64,000 nt of DNA from an uncultured Clostridium sp. (GTDB taxonomy: Bacteria; Bacillota; Clostridia; TANB77; CAG-508). Below are positions 9,372 to 20,000 of this stretch, piece after piece; position 1 is the first letter of the stretch; each line of letters begins with the position of its first letter. The stretch covers positions 3,720 to 67,719 of the forward strand of contig USGY01000005.1 in the NCBI GenBank assembly GCA_900554365.1, in the 5' to 3' direction. The translations under genes and the position numbers were made by a program. Under the pieces are notes generated by a model. That model saw only the letters and a list, made by a program, of their open reading frames with translations. It had not been told where the DNA came from and did not search any database.

Positions 9372-9407
9372 ATACTGTTTAGTTTTAAAACTAAACAGTA
9401 TTTTTTT
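9372..9407 (+). terminator. Strong rho-independent terminator after pilin 4
   Basis: Perfect 13-bp stem atactgtttagtt / aactaaacagtat with loop ttaa, then a T7 run. Confidence 0.85.
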
Positions 9408-9528
9408 GTAAAATAACAGCTTAATAAAGAAAATATATAAGTTAAAGTTACAGAAATGTTACAGATATATTAAAAACATATTAAAACGTAAAAAAAAGCA
9501 TTAAAATGTCGCTTTTTTCTAGAAAGTT

Positions 9529-9537
9529 TGGTATAAT
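9529..9537 (+). promoter_or_regulatory. Extended -10 element (TGgTATAAT) in front of the T4SS structural operon
   Basis: tggtataat at 9529-9537, about 43 nt upstream of ATG 9580. No good -35 element was found. Confidence 0.4.
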
Positions 9538-9579
9538 ATATATGATAAAATAATTGTGTCAAAAAAGGAGGAAATTTAA

Positions 9580-9930
9580 ATGCAAACATATGAAATTCCA
9601 AGGAATTATAAAGGTGAGGGTAGAATATTGTATGTTTTCTCAACAAAAGCTTTAGGGTATACAGCAGCAGCAGCAGCTTTTGGAGGAATATTTTATCTTA
9701 TTTTTAAGGTATTAGGACTGCAAATGATAGGAATAGGAATTGTAGTATTTTTGGGTTTAATTGGATTTTGCATAGGTACATTTAAAATTCCTGATAATAG
9801 AAAATTCAAATTTACAGAAAAAACAGGTGGAGAAGCCATTGATGATGTGATAAAAAGATGGATAAAATTTAAAAGAGGAAAAAAGAAGATATATGTATAT
9901 CTAAAGGAGGAAACAAAAGATGAGCAATGA
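9580..9930 (+). CDS. PrgI/TcpE-type (VirB3-like) small T4SS membrane protein
   Basis: 116 aa. Two adjacent TM helices follow the N-terminal YEIPRNYKGEGRILYVFSTKAL. It lies directly upstream of the VirB4 region, the usual VirB3-VirB4 order. It ends with TGA (9928-9930), overlapping the next gene's start. Confidence 0.65.
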   Translation: MQTYEIPRNYKGEGRILYVFSTKALGYTAAAAAFGGIFYLIFKVLGLQMIGIGIVVFLGLIGFCIGTFKIPDNRKFKFTEKTGGEAIDDVIKRWIKFKRGKKKIYVYLKEETKDEQ

Positions 9931-11146
9931 TGGAATAACAAGTTTATTATCTGCAATATTAATAATAATGGTGAGTATACTGTTTGTGTTAATAATAGTT
10001 TATATTATATTAAGAGCTAAAACTAAAAAAGCAGAAAATTCAAATGGTGAAGAAATGTTGGCAGGAACCAAAAGACAAAAAACTATTCAACCCAAAACTG
10101 TAAATAATACATATTCAAAGCAATCAATATTTTCTTTTATGGAATTTGATAAAATTGAAGATAATATGATTGTAAGAGAAAAGGGAAAAAAATTCTTAAT
10201 GGTTGTTGAATGCCAAGGAATAAATTATGATTTAATGTCCGGAATTGAAAAAAACAGTGTTGAACAAGGATTTCTACAATTTTTAAATACTTTAAGATAT
10301 CCAGTTCAAATATATGTGCAAACAAGAACTGTTAACCTTGAAAGTGGAATTATAAAATATAAAGAAAGAATAAATAACATAAAGGACAGACTAATAAAAA
10401 AACAATTAGAATATACAAAAAAGGAAGCCTTAGGGGTTAGCGAGAAAGAACTAAATGAAGCTAAACTAGAATTAACAAGAGAACAGAACTTATATGAATA
10501 TGGCTCAGATTTAGTAAGTAATACAGAAAGAATGAGTTTGAATAAAAATATTTTAAGAAAACACTATTATGTAATTATAGATTATATGCCAGAAGATATA
10601 AATAATGGAAACTATGGTAGCGAAGAAATTACAAGTATGGCATTTTCAGAATTATATACTAAAGCTCAATCAATAATAAGTTCATTAAGTGTTTGTGGAG
10701 TAAATGGAAAAATATTAGATTCTAAGCAATTAGCTGAATTATTATATGTTGCATATAATAGAGATGAAGCAGAAGTATATGAATTAGATAAAGCATTAGA
10801 TGCAGGATATGATGATTTATATTCAACAGCACCAAATGTATTACAAAAGAGAATGAAAGAATTAGACAAAAAGATAGAAGAAGATGCTCAAAAATTAGTA
10901 AATCAAAAATTAAAAGAAGCTATTTGGGATTCAGAAGAAGAAAAAAGAGTAAAACAAAAAGAAGCACAAATGGATGAATTAATAAATCAAATGGCTCAAG
11001 TAATTATAGAAGAAAACCAAGATATGGTTGGAAAAAATATTGCTGATAGAGCAATAAAGAAAATAAAAGAAGATGGAAATACAAAGGAGGGAAAAGATGA
11101 AAAAGAACAAAAAACAACAAGAGGAAGAAGAAAGAAGATACAATAG
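9920..11146 (+). CDS. T4SS-associated membrane-anchored coiled-coil protein of unknown function
   Basis: AAGGAGG RBS precedes ATG 9920. It has one N-terminal TM helix followed by a K/E-rich, probably coiled-coil region. It is translationally coupled on both sides. No family was recognised with confidence. Confidence 0.6.
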   Translation: MSNDGITSLLSAILIIMVSILFVLIIVYIILRAKTKKAENSNGEEMLAGTKRQKTIQPKTVNNTYSKQSIFSFMEFDKIEDNMIVREKGKKFLMVVECQGINYDLMSGIEKNSVEQGFLQFLNTLRYPVQIYVQTRTVNLESGIIKYKERINNIKDRLIKKQLEYTKKEALGVSEKELNEAKLELTREQNLYEYGSDLVSNTERMSLNKNILRKHYYVIIDYMPEDINNGNYGSEEITSMAFSELYTKAQSIISSLSVCGVNGKILDSKQLAELLYVAYNRDEAEVYELDKALDAGYDDLYSTAPNVLQKRMKELDKKIEEDAQKLVNQKLKEAIWDSEEEKRVKQKEAQMDELINQMAQVIIEENQDMVGKNIADRAIKKIKEDGNTKEGKDEKEQKTTRGRRKKIQ

Positions 11147-13052
11147 TGAGGAAGATATAAGCATTTTAAAAAAAGCAACATTAAAAGATTTAATTGCACC
11201 ATCAGGAATTGATGCTTCAAATATTGACCATATGGAAATTATATCTAATACAAAAAGATATGCAAGAAGTTTCTTTGTTTCAACTCTTCCTAGAATGTGT
11301 ACTTTCCCAGAATTGTTTAGGGATATGTATCTTTTCGGCGATATAAATACATCGATTTATATCACACCAATAAAAGAAGACAGATCACAAAATGATTTAA
11401 ACAGAGTTATTAATGAATTGGAAACAGAGAGAATTGTTGCAGCAGATAGAGGAAATATAAACAGACAAAGTACAATTACTCAAAAAAGATTGGAAGCAGA
11501 ACAATTAAGAGATGAAATTGCAGCAGGATTTAACAAATTATTTGAAGCAACAGTTGTATCAACATTATTTACATATAATTTAGAGGATTTAGACAGATAT
11601 ACAAAAATGTTAGCTGCAGAAATGTCAAAAACTTTAGTTGGAATAAAGAGTGCATGGGGTATACAAGAAGAAGCGTTTCAATCCAATTTACCTTTAATGA
11701 ATAATAAAATAAATAAATCACATACATTTGATAGAAATTCAATGGGAACAGTATTCCCATTTACAACATCAGAAATAGGACATCCAACGGGAGTTCCGAT
11801 TGGATTTAACAAGCAAACTGGAACACCAATATTATTTGATAATTTTGCAAGTTCATTAACAAATTATAATATGGTTATTTTTGCTAAATCTGGTGCCGGT
11901 AAATCTGTTACAATGAAAACATTGGTTTCAAGATCTTCAGTACTTTCTGGAATCGAAAGTTTGGCACTAGATGCTGAAGGTGAATATACAGTTGTTGCTG
12001 AAAGTCTTGGCGGAATAAATGTTGTAATAAGCCCAACATCAAAAACAATTATAAATATCTTTGATATTGAAACAGAAACAATTAAAGATGAAATCACGGG
12101 AAAAGATAGAGTTGTTTTAAATGTTGAAAACAAGGTTGAAGACGTAACTCAAGGTTTACTTACAATGTCAAGAGGTAGTACAAGAAGTACAGAAGTTAAT
12201 GAGTTAACAAAACAAATTATAGCAGAAACAGTTGCAGAAGAATATGCAGCACTTGGTATTACAAGCAATCCAAATAGTTTATATGAAAAAGATTCAGCAA
12301 TGGTTTCAAGAGGAGAAATACTTGCAAAGAAGAAAAAGCCAATGCCAACAATAGGCAGCTGGTATAGAAGATTACAAGCAAAAGCAAAAGATAACAAAAA
12401 CCCAGATTATCAATATCATTATAGTTATTTACTTAAGGTTATGAAACAATACATAAGAGAATATGATGGACAAATGGCATATTTTGATGGACAATCTACA
12501 TTTGAATTATTAGAGGGAGCTCCCTTTATAAATCTTGATATTTCTCAACTAGAAGAAAGATTTGCAAGACCACTTGCTCAACAAATTTTACTTTCTTGGA
12601 TTTGGGAAAAGTTTGTTAAGAAAAATAGTGAAGATAAAACAAGAGCAGCTAAAAAAAGAGTACTAGTTGATGAGGCATGGATGTTACTTCCATATCCAGA
12701 AGCCGTAGATTTTTTAAATAAAATGGCAAGACGTGCAAGAAAAAGAAATGTATCTTTGGCAATTATTTCACAGAGATTCCAAGATTTCTATGAAAAGCCA
12801 GAAGCACAAGCTGTTTTAACATCTTCTGACACCAAGTTGTTCTTAGCACAAGATAAATCAGAAATTCAATACTTGAAGGAAGTATTTAAACTTTCAGATG
12901 GTGAAGCTAATTTCTTAGTTACATGCCAAAGAGGAGAAGGATTATTTAAGGTTGGAGCAGATACAGCAATCTTAAAAATTACACCAACGAGAAAAGAGTT
13001 TGAGTTTGTTGAAACAAACTTAAACCAATTAGCGAAAAGAAAAAATAACTAA
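11097..13052 (+). CDS. virB4: VirB4-family T4SS ATPase (PrgJ/TraE/TrsE type)
   Basis: Walker A FAKSGAGKSVTMK and Walker B KRVLVDEAWMLL are present. The N-terminal region LIAPSGID...RYARSFFVSTLPRMCTFPELF is typical of Gram-positive VirB4. ATG 11097 follows AGGAGGG. The longest ORF starts at 11073. Confidence 0.9.
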   Translation: MKKNKKQQEEEERRYNSEEDISILKKATLKDLIAPSGIDASNIDHMEIISNTKRYARSFFVSTLPRMCTFPELFRDMYLFGDINTSIYITPIKEDRSQNDLNRVINELETERIVAADRGNINRQSTITQKRLEAEQLRDEIAAGFNKLFEATVVSTLFTYNLEDLDRYTKMLAAEMSKTLVGIKSAWGIQEEAFQSNLPLMNNKINKSHTFDRNSMGTVFPFTTSEIGHPTGVPIGFNKQTGTPILFDNFASSLTNYNMVIFAKSGAGKSVTMKTLVSRSSVLSGIESLALDAEGEYTVVAESLGGINVVISPTSKTIINIFDIETETIKDEITGKDRVVLNVENKVEDVTQGLLTMSRGSTRSTEVNELTKQIIAETVAEEYAALGITSNPNSLYEKDSAMVSRGEILAKKKKPMPTIGSWYRRLQAKAKDNKNPDYQYHYSYLLKVMKQYIREYDGQMAYFDGQSTFELLEGAPFINLDISQLEERFARPLAQQILLSWIWEKFVKKNSEDKTRAAKKRVLVDEAWMLLPYPEAVDFLNKMARRARKRNVSLAIISQRFQDFYEKPEAQAVLTSSDTKLFLAQDKSEIQYLKEVFKLSDGEANFLVTCQRGEGLFKVGADTAILKITPTRKEFEFVETNLNQLAKRKNN

Positions 13053-13066
13053 TGGAGGATAACTTT

Positions 13067-16000
13067 ATGAAATTTTTTATGAATAAAAGCATATGGTCTA
13101 AAATTGCTATACTTTTAATAATTGTATTGCTGTTTCAATTTGTAGTAACTAAACCGACATTGGCGAAAGCAGAAGTTGGAGATACAAGAATAGATTTTGG
13201 AGGAAAATTATTATCACCAGTAATGTCATTAGTTGTATCATTAGCTGATGCCATGATGGATATGATGCATTCATCCATAATGGGAACAAATGAATCGCTA
13301 TTGCCCGTTGATGTAGATAGTAAATGGTGGGAGATATTATCCAAGGTATTAGTTATTGGCGCAATAGTAGCAGCAGCAATTTTCGTAACAATAGCTACTT
13401 TTGGAGCAGCAGCTACTGTAGGTGCGGTAATAGGTGCTATTGGAACTGCATTGTGGACAGCATTAGGTGCAGGAGTAGCTAGTATAGGAGCTTATTTTGT
13501 TTTAGATAATGCTTTTGATCAGCTTAAAATTAAAGGTAAAGCAAGTGCTGTATCTTATACTGATGATATTGAATTACCGAGAACACTATATTTACCAGCT
13601 TATACATTAAGCCCAGAAGAAATTTTTGAAGGAAAAATTTTGTTATTTAATGTAGATTTCTTTGGAAAGCCAAAAGAAATAAAAAAAGCTGAAACAACGA
13701 CAGAAGATGGTAATAAAACTGTAAATTATTATTATTATTTGAAAGATACTAATAAAGCTGATACAGAAGATAATAGAGTAAAAACTTCTAACCAAGATGT
13801 TGCAGCTGATTTACAAGGTAATATATCAAAATGGTATGTACAAATAAGAAATATAGTATTGGTATGTATGATGATAGTGCTTTTGTATATTGGTATAAGA
13901 ATATTATTAACATCATTAGCAGGTGAAAAAGCTAAATATAAGCAATTTTTGCAAGATTGGTTTGTAGGATTAATTTTAATATTTTTTATGCATTATATTA
14001 TGACTTTTGCAGTAACGATAGTTCAAAAAATAACGGATATTGTAGATACAAGTGTTGATTCCAATACATATGTTGTAAAATTCCCAGTAGATAAGGATGG
14101 AAAAATAGTTAAATTCTTTAATAATAATAAAATGGCTTATATGATATATGATAAGAATGGAAAGCAAATTACAAGTGATGAAAACGGAAAAGTAAAAGAA
14201 GGAGACGCAGCTTATGTAGTATATCCAACTAATGTCTTGGGATCATTAAGATTAACCCTTCAATTACAAAGTTGGGGTGCAGGTTATATAGGATATGCTT
14301 TAGCATTTGTAGTTCTAGTCTTGTTTACAGTATTTTTTATATTTACATATTTAAGAAGGGTATTATATATGGCTTTTCTAACATTAATTGCACCAGTTGT
14401 AGCATTAACATACCCAATAGATAAAATGAATGATGGTAGTGCACAAGGATTTACTAAATGGTTTAGAGAGTATATATTTAATTTACTAATTCAACCAATG
14501 CACTTAATGTTATATTACATTTTAGTAACTTCAGCATTTGATTTAGCAGGAAAAAATATAATTTATACATTAGTAGCAATTGGATTTATGATGCCAGCAG
14601 AAAAATTATTGAGAAGCTTCTTTGGATTTGAAAAAGCTCATACACCTGGACTTCTTGCAGGACCTGCAGGAGCAGCTTTAACAATGCAAGGACTTCAAAC
14701 ATTATCTAATTTAAGAAGTGGAAAAAGTAAAAGTAAAGAAAGTAGCAAAGGTAATGCTAAACCACAAGTACGACAAGCTAATAATTCAAATAGACTTTTG
14801 AATAAATTAGATGGAGATGTAAATCCAACAAGTGAAATGGCATCATTAGTTGGAAATGCTGAAGAAGGTAAAGCTGCAGGAGCTGTTAATGGAAAAGTAG
14901 GAATAAATGATAGTCAATTAGGAATAGATAAAGATCAAGCAGCATTAGATGCAATGAAGGATAATGACTTAAATGGTGAGCAAAATGCATTAAATGATAT
15001 GATGTTAGAAGACGGAATTGTAACTGCTGGTGAAGTAGGAGCATTAGATAATGACCAAAAGGCAATAGATAATTTAAGAGATGAAATGGGAGATGATCCT
15101 GAAGCAAAGGCATATTTGGCCGAACAACAAGAAGATATAAATAAGAGAAGATTGGAATTAGCAAGAAGAGCTGGATTAGAAGAAGAACAAGCAAATGTAA
15201 GTCAAAATAGAATATATCAACAACCACTTCTTGATGCTGAACAAGATGAAATAAATAAAAGAAAAGCAGAATTATCAAGTGATAGTATTCCAACTGAAAA
15301 AATTGATCCTATTCAACAACAAAGAGAAGCAGTTATTAGAGATGCACAAGCAGAGGCAGCTGAAAAGATTTCACAAGATAGAGCAGAAATTCCAAAAATC
15401 AAGAGAGTTCAGTCTGCAGTTATGAGAGGTGCAATGAAAGCACCGAAAGTTATTGGTGGTGCATCAAGAGTAGCTGGAAGATATTTTGCTACTGGAGCAG
15501 GAGTTGCGTTGGGTGCTGCAGCTGGAATTGCGACAGGAAATCCAAAACAAATGCTTACATATATGGGAGTAGGTGCTGCGACAGGAAATAAAATTGGAGC
15601 AGTATCAGGTGAAAATATTTCAAATAATTTACAAAGTGCAGGACAAGTAATTAGTGATAAATATAATAAAATGCTTGATAAGGATGACGCATTAAGACAA
15701 ATAGAACTAGAAAAAGAAGTAAAAGCTCAAAGAAAAGAATATGTATCAGCTATGAAAGAAAGTGGATTTTCTAAAGATGAAACTAAAGAAATGGTGGACA
15801 AAGGAATAATAGATAGATATATTAAGAATAATGTAAATTCACAAGATGCAGTAGTATCAGAACAAATGAGAAGAGATGATCCAAAGATATCACAAGAACA
15901 AGCAATTGCGACAGCTAAGTATGCAAAAAGAGTTGGAGAAGCTTCTAAAGGACCAGAAAGAAAGAAATGGCAAGAACATTTTGCTGGTGAGTTTAAAGAT

Positions 16001-16096
16001 AAAGCTAACTTAAATCAAGAACAAGCAAATGTAGCAGCCGAACAAACATTAAAGAGGGTAGATGCATTTAATAAATATAAGAAAAAATTAAATTAA
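13067..16096 (+). CDS. VirB6/TcpH-like polytopic T4SS membrane protein with a long hydrophilic C-terminal extension
   Basis: About 1010 aa. It has an N-terminal signal/TM segment and multiple TM helices in the first ~540 aa. The remaining ~470 aa are charged, Q/E/A/K-rich sequence. Its position after virB4 matches the Firmicute T4SS order. The alternative start ATG 13052 overlaps the virB4 stop. Confidence 0.7.
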   Translation: MKFFMNKSIWSKIAILLIIVLLFQFVVTKPTLAKAEVGDTRIDFGGKLLSPVMSLVVSLADAMMDMMHSSIMGTNESLLPVDVDSKWWEILSKVLVIGAIVAAAIFVTIATFGAAATVGAVIGAIGTALWTALGAGVASIGAYFVLDNAFDQLKIKGKASAVSYTDDIELPRTLYLPAYTLSPEEIFEGKILLFNVDFFGKPKEIKKAETTTEDGNKTVNYYYYLKDTNKADTEDNRVKTSNQDVAADLQGNISKWYVQIRNIVLVCMMIVLLYIGIRILLTSLAGEKAKYKQFLQDWFVGLILIFFMHYIMTFAVTIVQKITDIVDTSVDSNTYVVKFPVDKDGKIVKFFNNNKMAYMIYDKNGKQITSDENGKVKEGDAAYVVYPTNVLGSLRLTLQLQSWGAGYIGYALAFVVLVLFTVFFIFTYLRRVLYMAFLTLIAPVVALTYPIDKMNDGSAQGFTKWFREYIFNLLIQPMHLMLYYILVTSAFDLAGKNIIYTLVAIGFMMPAEKLLRSFFGFEKAHTPGLLAGPAGAALTMQGLQTLSNLRSGKSKSKESSKGNAKPQVRQANNSNRLLNKLDGDVNPTSEMASLVGNAEEGKAAGAVNGKVGINDSQLGIDKDQAALDAMKDNDLNGEQNALNDMMLEDGIVTAGEVGALDNDQKAIDNLRDEMGDDPEAKAYLAEQQEDINKRRLELARRAGLEEEQANVSQNRIYQQPLLDAEQDEINKRKAELSSDSIPTEKIDPIQQQREAVIRDAQAEAAEKISQDRAEIPKIKRVQSAVMRGAMKAPKVIGGASRVAGRYFATGAGVALGAAAGIATGNPKQMLTYMGVGAATGNKIGAVSGENISNNLQSAGQVISDKYNKMLDKDDALRQIELEKEVKAQRKEYVSAMKESGFSKDETKEMVDKGIIDRYIKNNVNSQDAVVSEQMRRDDPKISQEQAIATAKYAKRVGEASKGPERKKWQEHFAGEFKDKANLNQEQANVAAEQTLKRVDAFNKYKKKLN

Positions 16097-16114
16097 TAGA
16101 AAGAGGTAATAATC

Positions 16115-17080
16115 ATGCATAATCTAATAAGATTTTATAATCAAAATAGAAAGGCAATTTGGATAGGCATTGGAATTATTGCCTCTCTATTTATATTACT
16201 TCAACTTCTTAATTTTATCGCTAAAAAAAATAATAATAAAATAACAGATTCAAATTATTCAAATTTAGTGCAAGAACATAAAATTCAAAGTGATTCAAAA
16301 GGAAATATAGCAACAGATAAATCAGTGGTAACTGGAGATAAGCTATCTTCTGAATCACTAAAAGATCAAACAAGTGTTATAGAGCAATTTTTAAATTTAT
16401 GTAAAAATAACAATGATGAAGAAGCATATAATATGATTACAGATGAATGTAAAGAAGAGATGTTTAATACTGTAGAAGATTTTAAAAATATATATTTAGA
16501 TTCAATTTTTAAAACAAAAGGCGTTACATTTAAAATATCAAATTGGTTTGGAAATACATATAAAGTTGATTTTACAGTTGGAGATATGTTATCAACAGGA
16601 AATCCAGATGATGTTGAAAACATACAAGATTATATAACTATAAAATCAGAAAATAATGAAACAAAAGTAAATATTAATAAGTATGTAGGAAGATATGAAG
16701 TAAATAGAGAAAAAGAAGACAATAATATAAAAATTTCAGTTATATCAAAAAATATATATATGGACTATGAAAAATATAAAATAAAAGTAGAAAATAATAC
16801 AGATAATGATATTTTACTAGATGAAAGAAAAAATATAAATACAATGTATATTCAGGATGAAAAAGATGTTAAGCATGCAGCCTATACACAAGAATTAACA
16901 ACTCCTGATTTAACTGTTAACAATCATGGTGCAAGAACACTTACAGTTAAATATTATAGTGCATATACTTCAAGCAAAAAAATAGATAAACTAGTATTTT
17001 CAGATGTGGTTTTAAATTATAGTCAAGATTTAGACAATGTATTAAATCCACAAATTGGAGAAATATCAATAAATTTATAA
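16115..17080 (+). CDS. Bitopic T4SS-associated protein, a candidate VirB8/TcpC-type scaffold (unverified)
   Basis: One N-terminal TM helix (AIWIGIGIIASLFILLQLLNFIA) followed by a ~280-aa extracytoplasmic domain. It sits between the VirB6-like and hydrolase genes. The functional call rests only on topology, size and gene order. Confidence 0.45.
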   Translation: MHNLIRFYNQNRKAIWIGIGIIASLFILLQLLNFIAKKNNNKITDSNYSNLVQEHKIQSDSKGNIATDKSVVTGDKLSSESLKDQTSVIEQFLNLCKNNNDEEAYNMITDECKEEMFNTVEDFKNIYLDSIFKTKGVTFKISNWFGNTYKVDFTVGDMLSTGNPDDVENIQDYITIKSENNETKVNINKYVGRYEVNREKEDNNIKISVISKNIYMDYEKYKIKVENNTDNDILLDERKNINTMYIQDEKDVKHAAYTQELTTPDLTVNNHGARTLTVKYYSAYTSSKKIDKLVFSDVVLNYSQDLDNVLNPQIGEISINL

Positions 17081-17091
17081 AAGGAGAAAAA

Positions 17092-20000
17092 ATGAACAAT
17101 AATTCTGAAGCAGTAAGACAAGCAATTAAAAAAGTTGCAAAAAAAGTTGGTAAAGTAGTTTCTAAAATAATGTTTATTCCATTAGTAATTTTTTCTATTA
17201 TAATTATATTGTTAGGCGCGTGTGTATATTTTATAACAGTTGATGATGGGACTTATAAAGAAGGAGATTGGAAAAGTACAGGATATGGTGCAGCAGTATA
17301 TAAATCTGAAGCTAAGGTAAATTCTGATGGTTCAATATCTGCAGGAAAAACAGCTAAAGAAATATGGGATGAATTAAGAAAAAATGGTAGTAGTGTAACA
17401 GATTATTTAAGTGGACCTAAGGCTTTAGCAAAGTTAATGAATGCAGAATTAGTAACTTCTTTTCCAGATACACGTTCTAATCCAGATGAAAAAATAGACT
17501 GGGATAAGGTGGATTTGTTAGGAGATAAATTACAAGGAATAATTAAATTCAAGCGTGGAGATAAAGATGGAAAAACATATACAATGTCATATGTAGATGA
17601 AACAACATTTAGTGGATGGATGGAATGCTATAATTTAACAGGGAGTGAAGAAGCTAAGAAAAATGTATTAAGCCATTTTACAATAGTAAGTGGTGATACA
17701 AGTAGTTCTTCTAATGGTAGTTTGAAAGTTAACCTTTCTAAAGATCAGGTTACAGATGCTTCACAAAAAATATTAGATGCAATTCCTAAAGTGCCATCAC
17801 CCGGACAGGGATATTGTTTGGGATGGGTTAATAAAGTATATCAAGCAGCTGGTGTTGGTTCTCTTAATCAAATAGGAGCATATCAAGCTTTTCAAGCTAC
17901 GCATGTTTCAACAGATAGAAATAATATTCCTGTAGGTGCAGCTGTATATTGTACGGGATCTCAATCAGCAGGAATTTATGGACATGTTGGAATATATGTT
18001 GGTGACAACAAAGTTATGGATAATATTGGATATATTAGGACAATTGATTTAGACAAATGGATAAAAGAAGCTGAAACTTCTGGTAATACCCAATGCGGTG
18101 GAAAACCTGGATGGCTAGGATGGGGCTGGTGGACTGGAGGTTCACCAACTGTAACAGGAACTGGAAGTAGTACAAGTAGTGATGAAACAAAAGATAATTC
18201 TAATACAGATAAAAATACAACAAAAAAAGTTGAAGATGGAAAAATTGAAACCAAAGGAAAATCTTATAGTGTAAAAGTAGCAACATGGAATTCAACAACT
18301 ACAAAAGTTGAATCTAATGATCCAGCTGTAAAAGGATATACGACAACACAATATAACATGACAGCTACAACAATAAATTATCAAGATTTAGTATCTAAAT
18401 ATACTATGCCATTTAATTTATTATATGCGTTTTTAGTAGTTGGAGAAAGTGAAGATTTTGTTTCAGAATTAGCAGATTTAGTATATAATAGTGATATTGA
18501 AATCACTGTATATGATAATTATACTAAAAATACTGATGTAGATAAGTGGACATATACGCGAGTGGTAGAAGACGATGTTAATGCAACTGCAATCTTGGGA
18601 GATAAGATGAAGAGCACCAGTTTTACGAATAAAACTAGTAATCAATATACAACAACAAAGACGGTTATAACAGAAACTAATACATTGGATGTTAAAGTAA
18701 GTAAAGCTAATGTATGGATTGTGGATTATGAGTCAAATGTTGAATATCAATCCAATAAACCAAACAGTACATCATCAGATAATGGACAAGATGATCAAAA
18801 GAAACCTTCTAAAAAAACAACAGTTGGACCAGTATATAATTATAATGCAAAAGAAATTGATGAATTGGAAAAGCAAGTTTTAGATGAAGCGAATGGTGAG
18901 AGTAATGAATATAAGAAATCTGATGTGAAGACGTCTTCATTTTATGATAGATATAAATGGATAACAGATATAAATGATAATGTAACAAATACAACGGAGT
19001 CATCTTCATATACATCAAAACCTGGTACAGTAAAAGAGAAAACAGATCGTAAATCAAAAGATCCTAATTTTGTTACAATATATAATAAAAATAAATATGA
19101 AAGAAATGCTTCTAATATTGAAACTGCTGCATCATGGTTATTTGAAATAATTCAGATAAATCAGGATACAACAGATATGTTAGATTTAATAAAATATTTA
19201 TTATATAAGGCAACGGGGATAAGTTATGGAGTAACAGAATTTGATTTTAGTATTTTTGATCCTTCTAATTTTCAAAAGGTAACAACAGGTTCAGAGGGAG
19301 GATTATCATTAAATACGACAATGTTTACAAAAGATGTATTTAAAAAGGCATTAGAATCTTATTACAATAAGACACACAATCAAGCCTTTTATAATAATTT
19401 TGTATTAAAAGCAGATGAGATTTATGATGCGTCAGTAAGAAATAATGTTAATCCTGAGTTAGTTGTAGTAACCGCAGGAACAGAACAAGGATGGAAACAA
19501 GGAGGAGGAGCTTATAATTATTGGGGAATAGGAGTATATAATGGCTCTAATGTTGGACAAAGTTTTAGTAGTATGTCTGATGGAATAGCAGCATTTGCTA
19601 ATATTATAAAAAAATATTCTCCAGGTGGATCTATGGCTAATCTGATAATGCAAAGATACGAGGAAAGAAAAAATTCGGGTTGTGATCCTACAGGATATGG
19701 TATGCCAGGAACTTTGAGTGGATGGCAATCAGTATATTCTTCTTTAGGATATCATGTAACAGGAAGTGCAGGGGCAGGTGGATATTATTACATGGATCCT
19801 GGTGTAGCAGGAGTAACTAAAATATATAAAACACATAGTGAGTTTTTACAAAAATGTTATAATGTAGGTGGAGCACATGCGTATGGAACTATAACAACAG
19901 CATGGGAACAAGGGCAATATACTGCATATCAACTTGAACAAAAATTAAATTTATGGAATGCTATTTTTGGAGACTTCGGAACTTTAAGCTCAACATCAAC

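Noticed and set aside
9928-9930. Possible alternative genetic code (UGA reassignment), suggested by the near-absence of TGA stops
   Set aside because: Almost all genes end in TAA or TAG, but the PrgI-like gene ends in TGA. Full-length conserved proteins are obtained with the standard code, with no in-frame TGA and with Trp encoded by TGG. The bias is explained by the extreme AT-richness.
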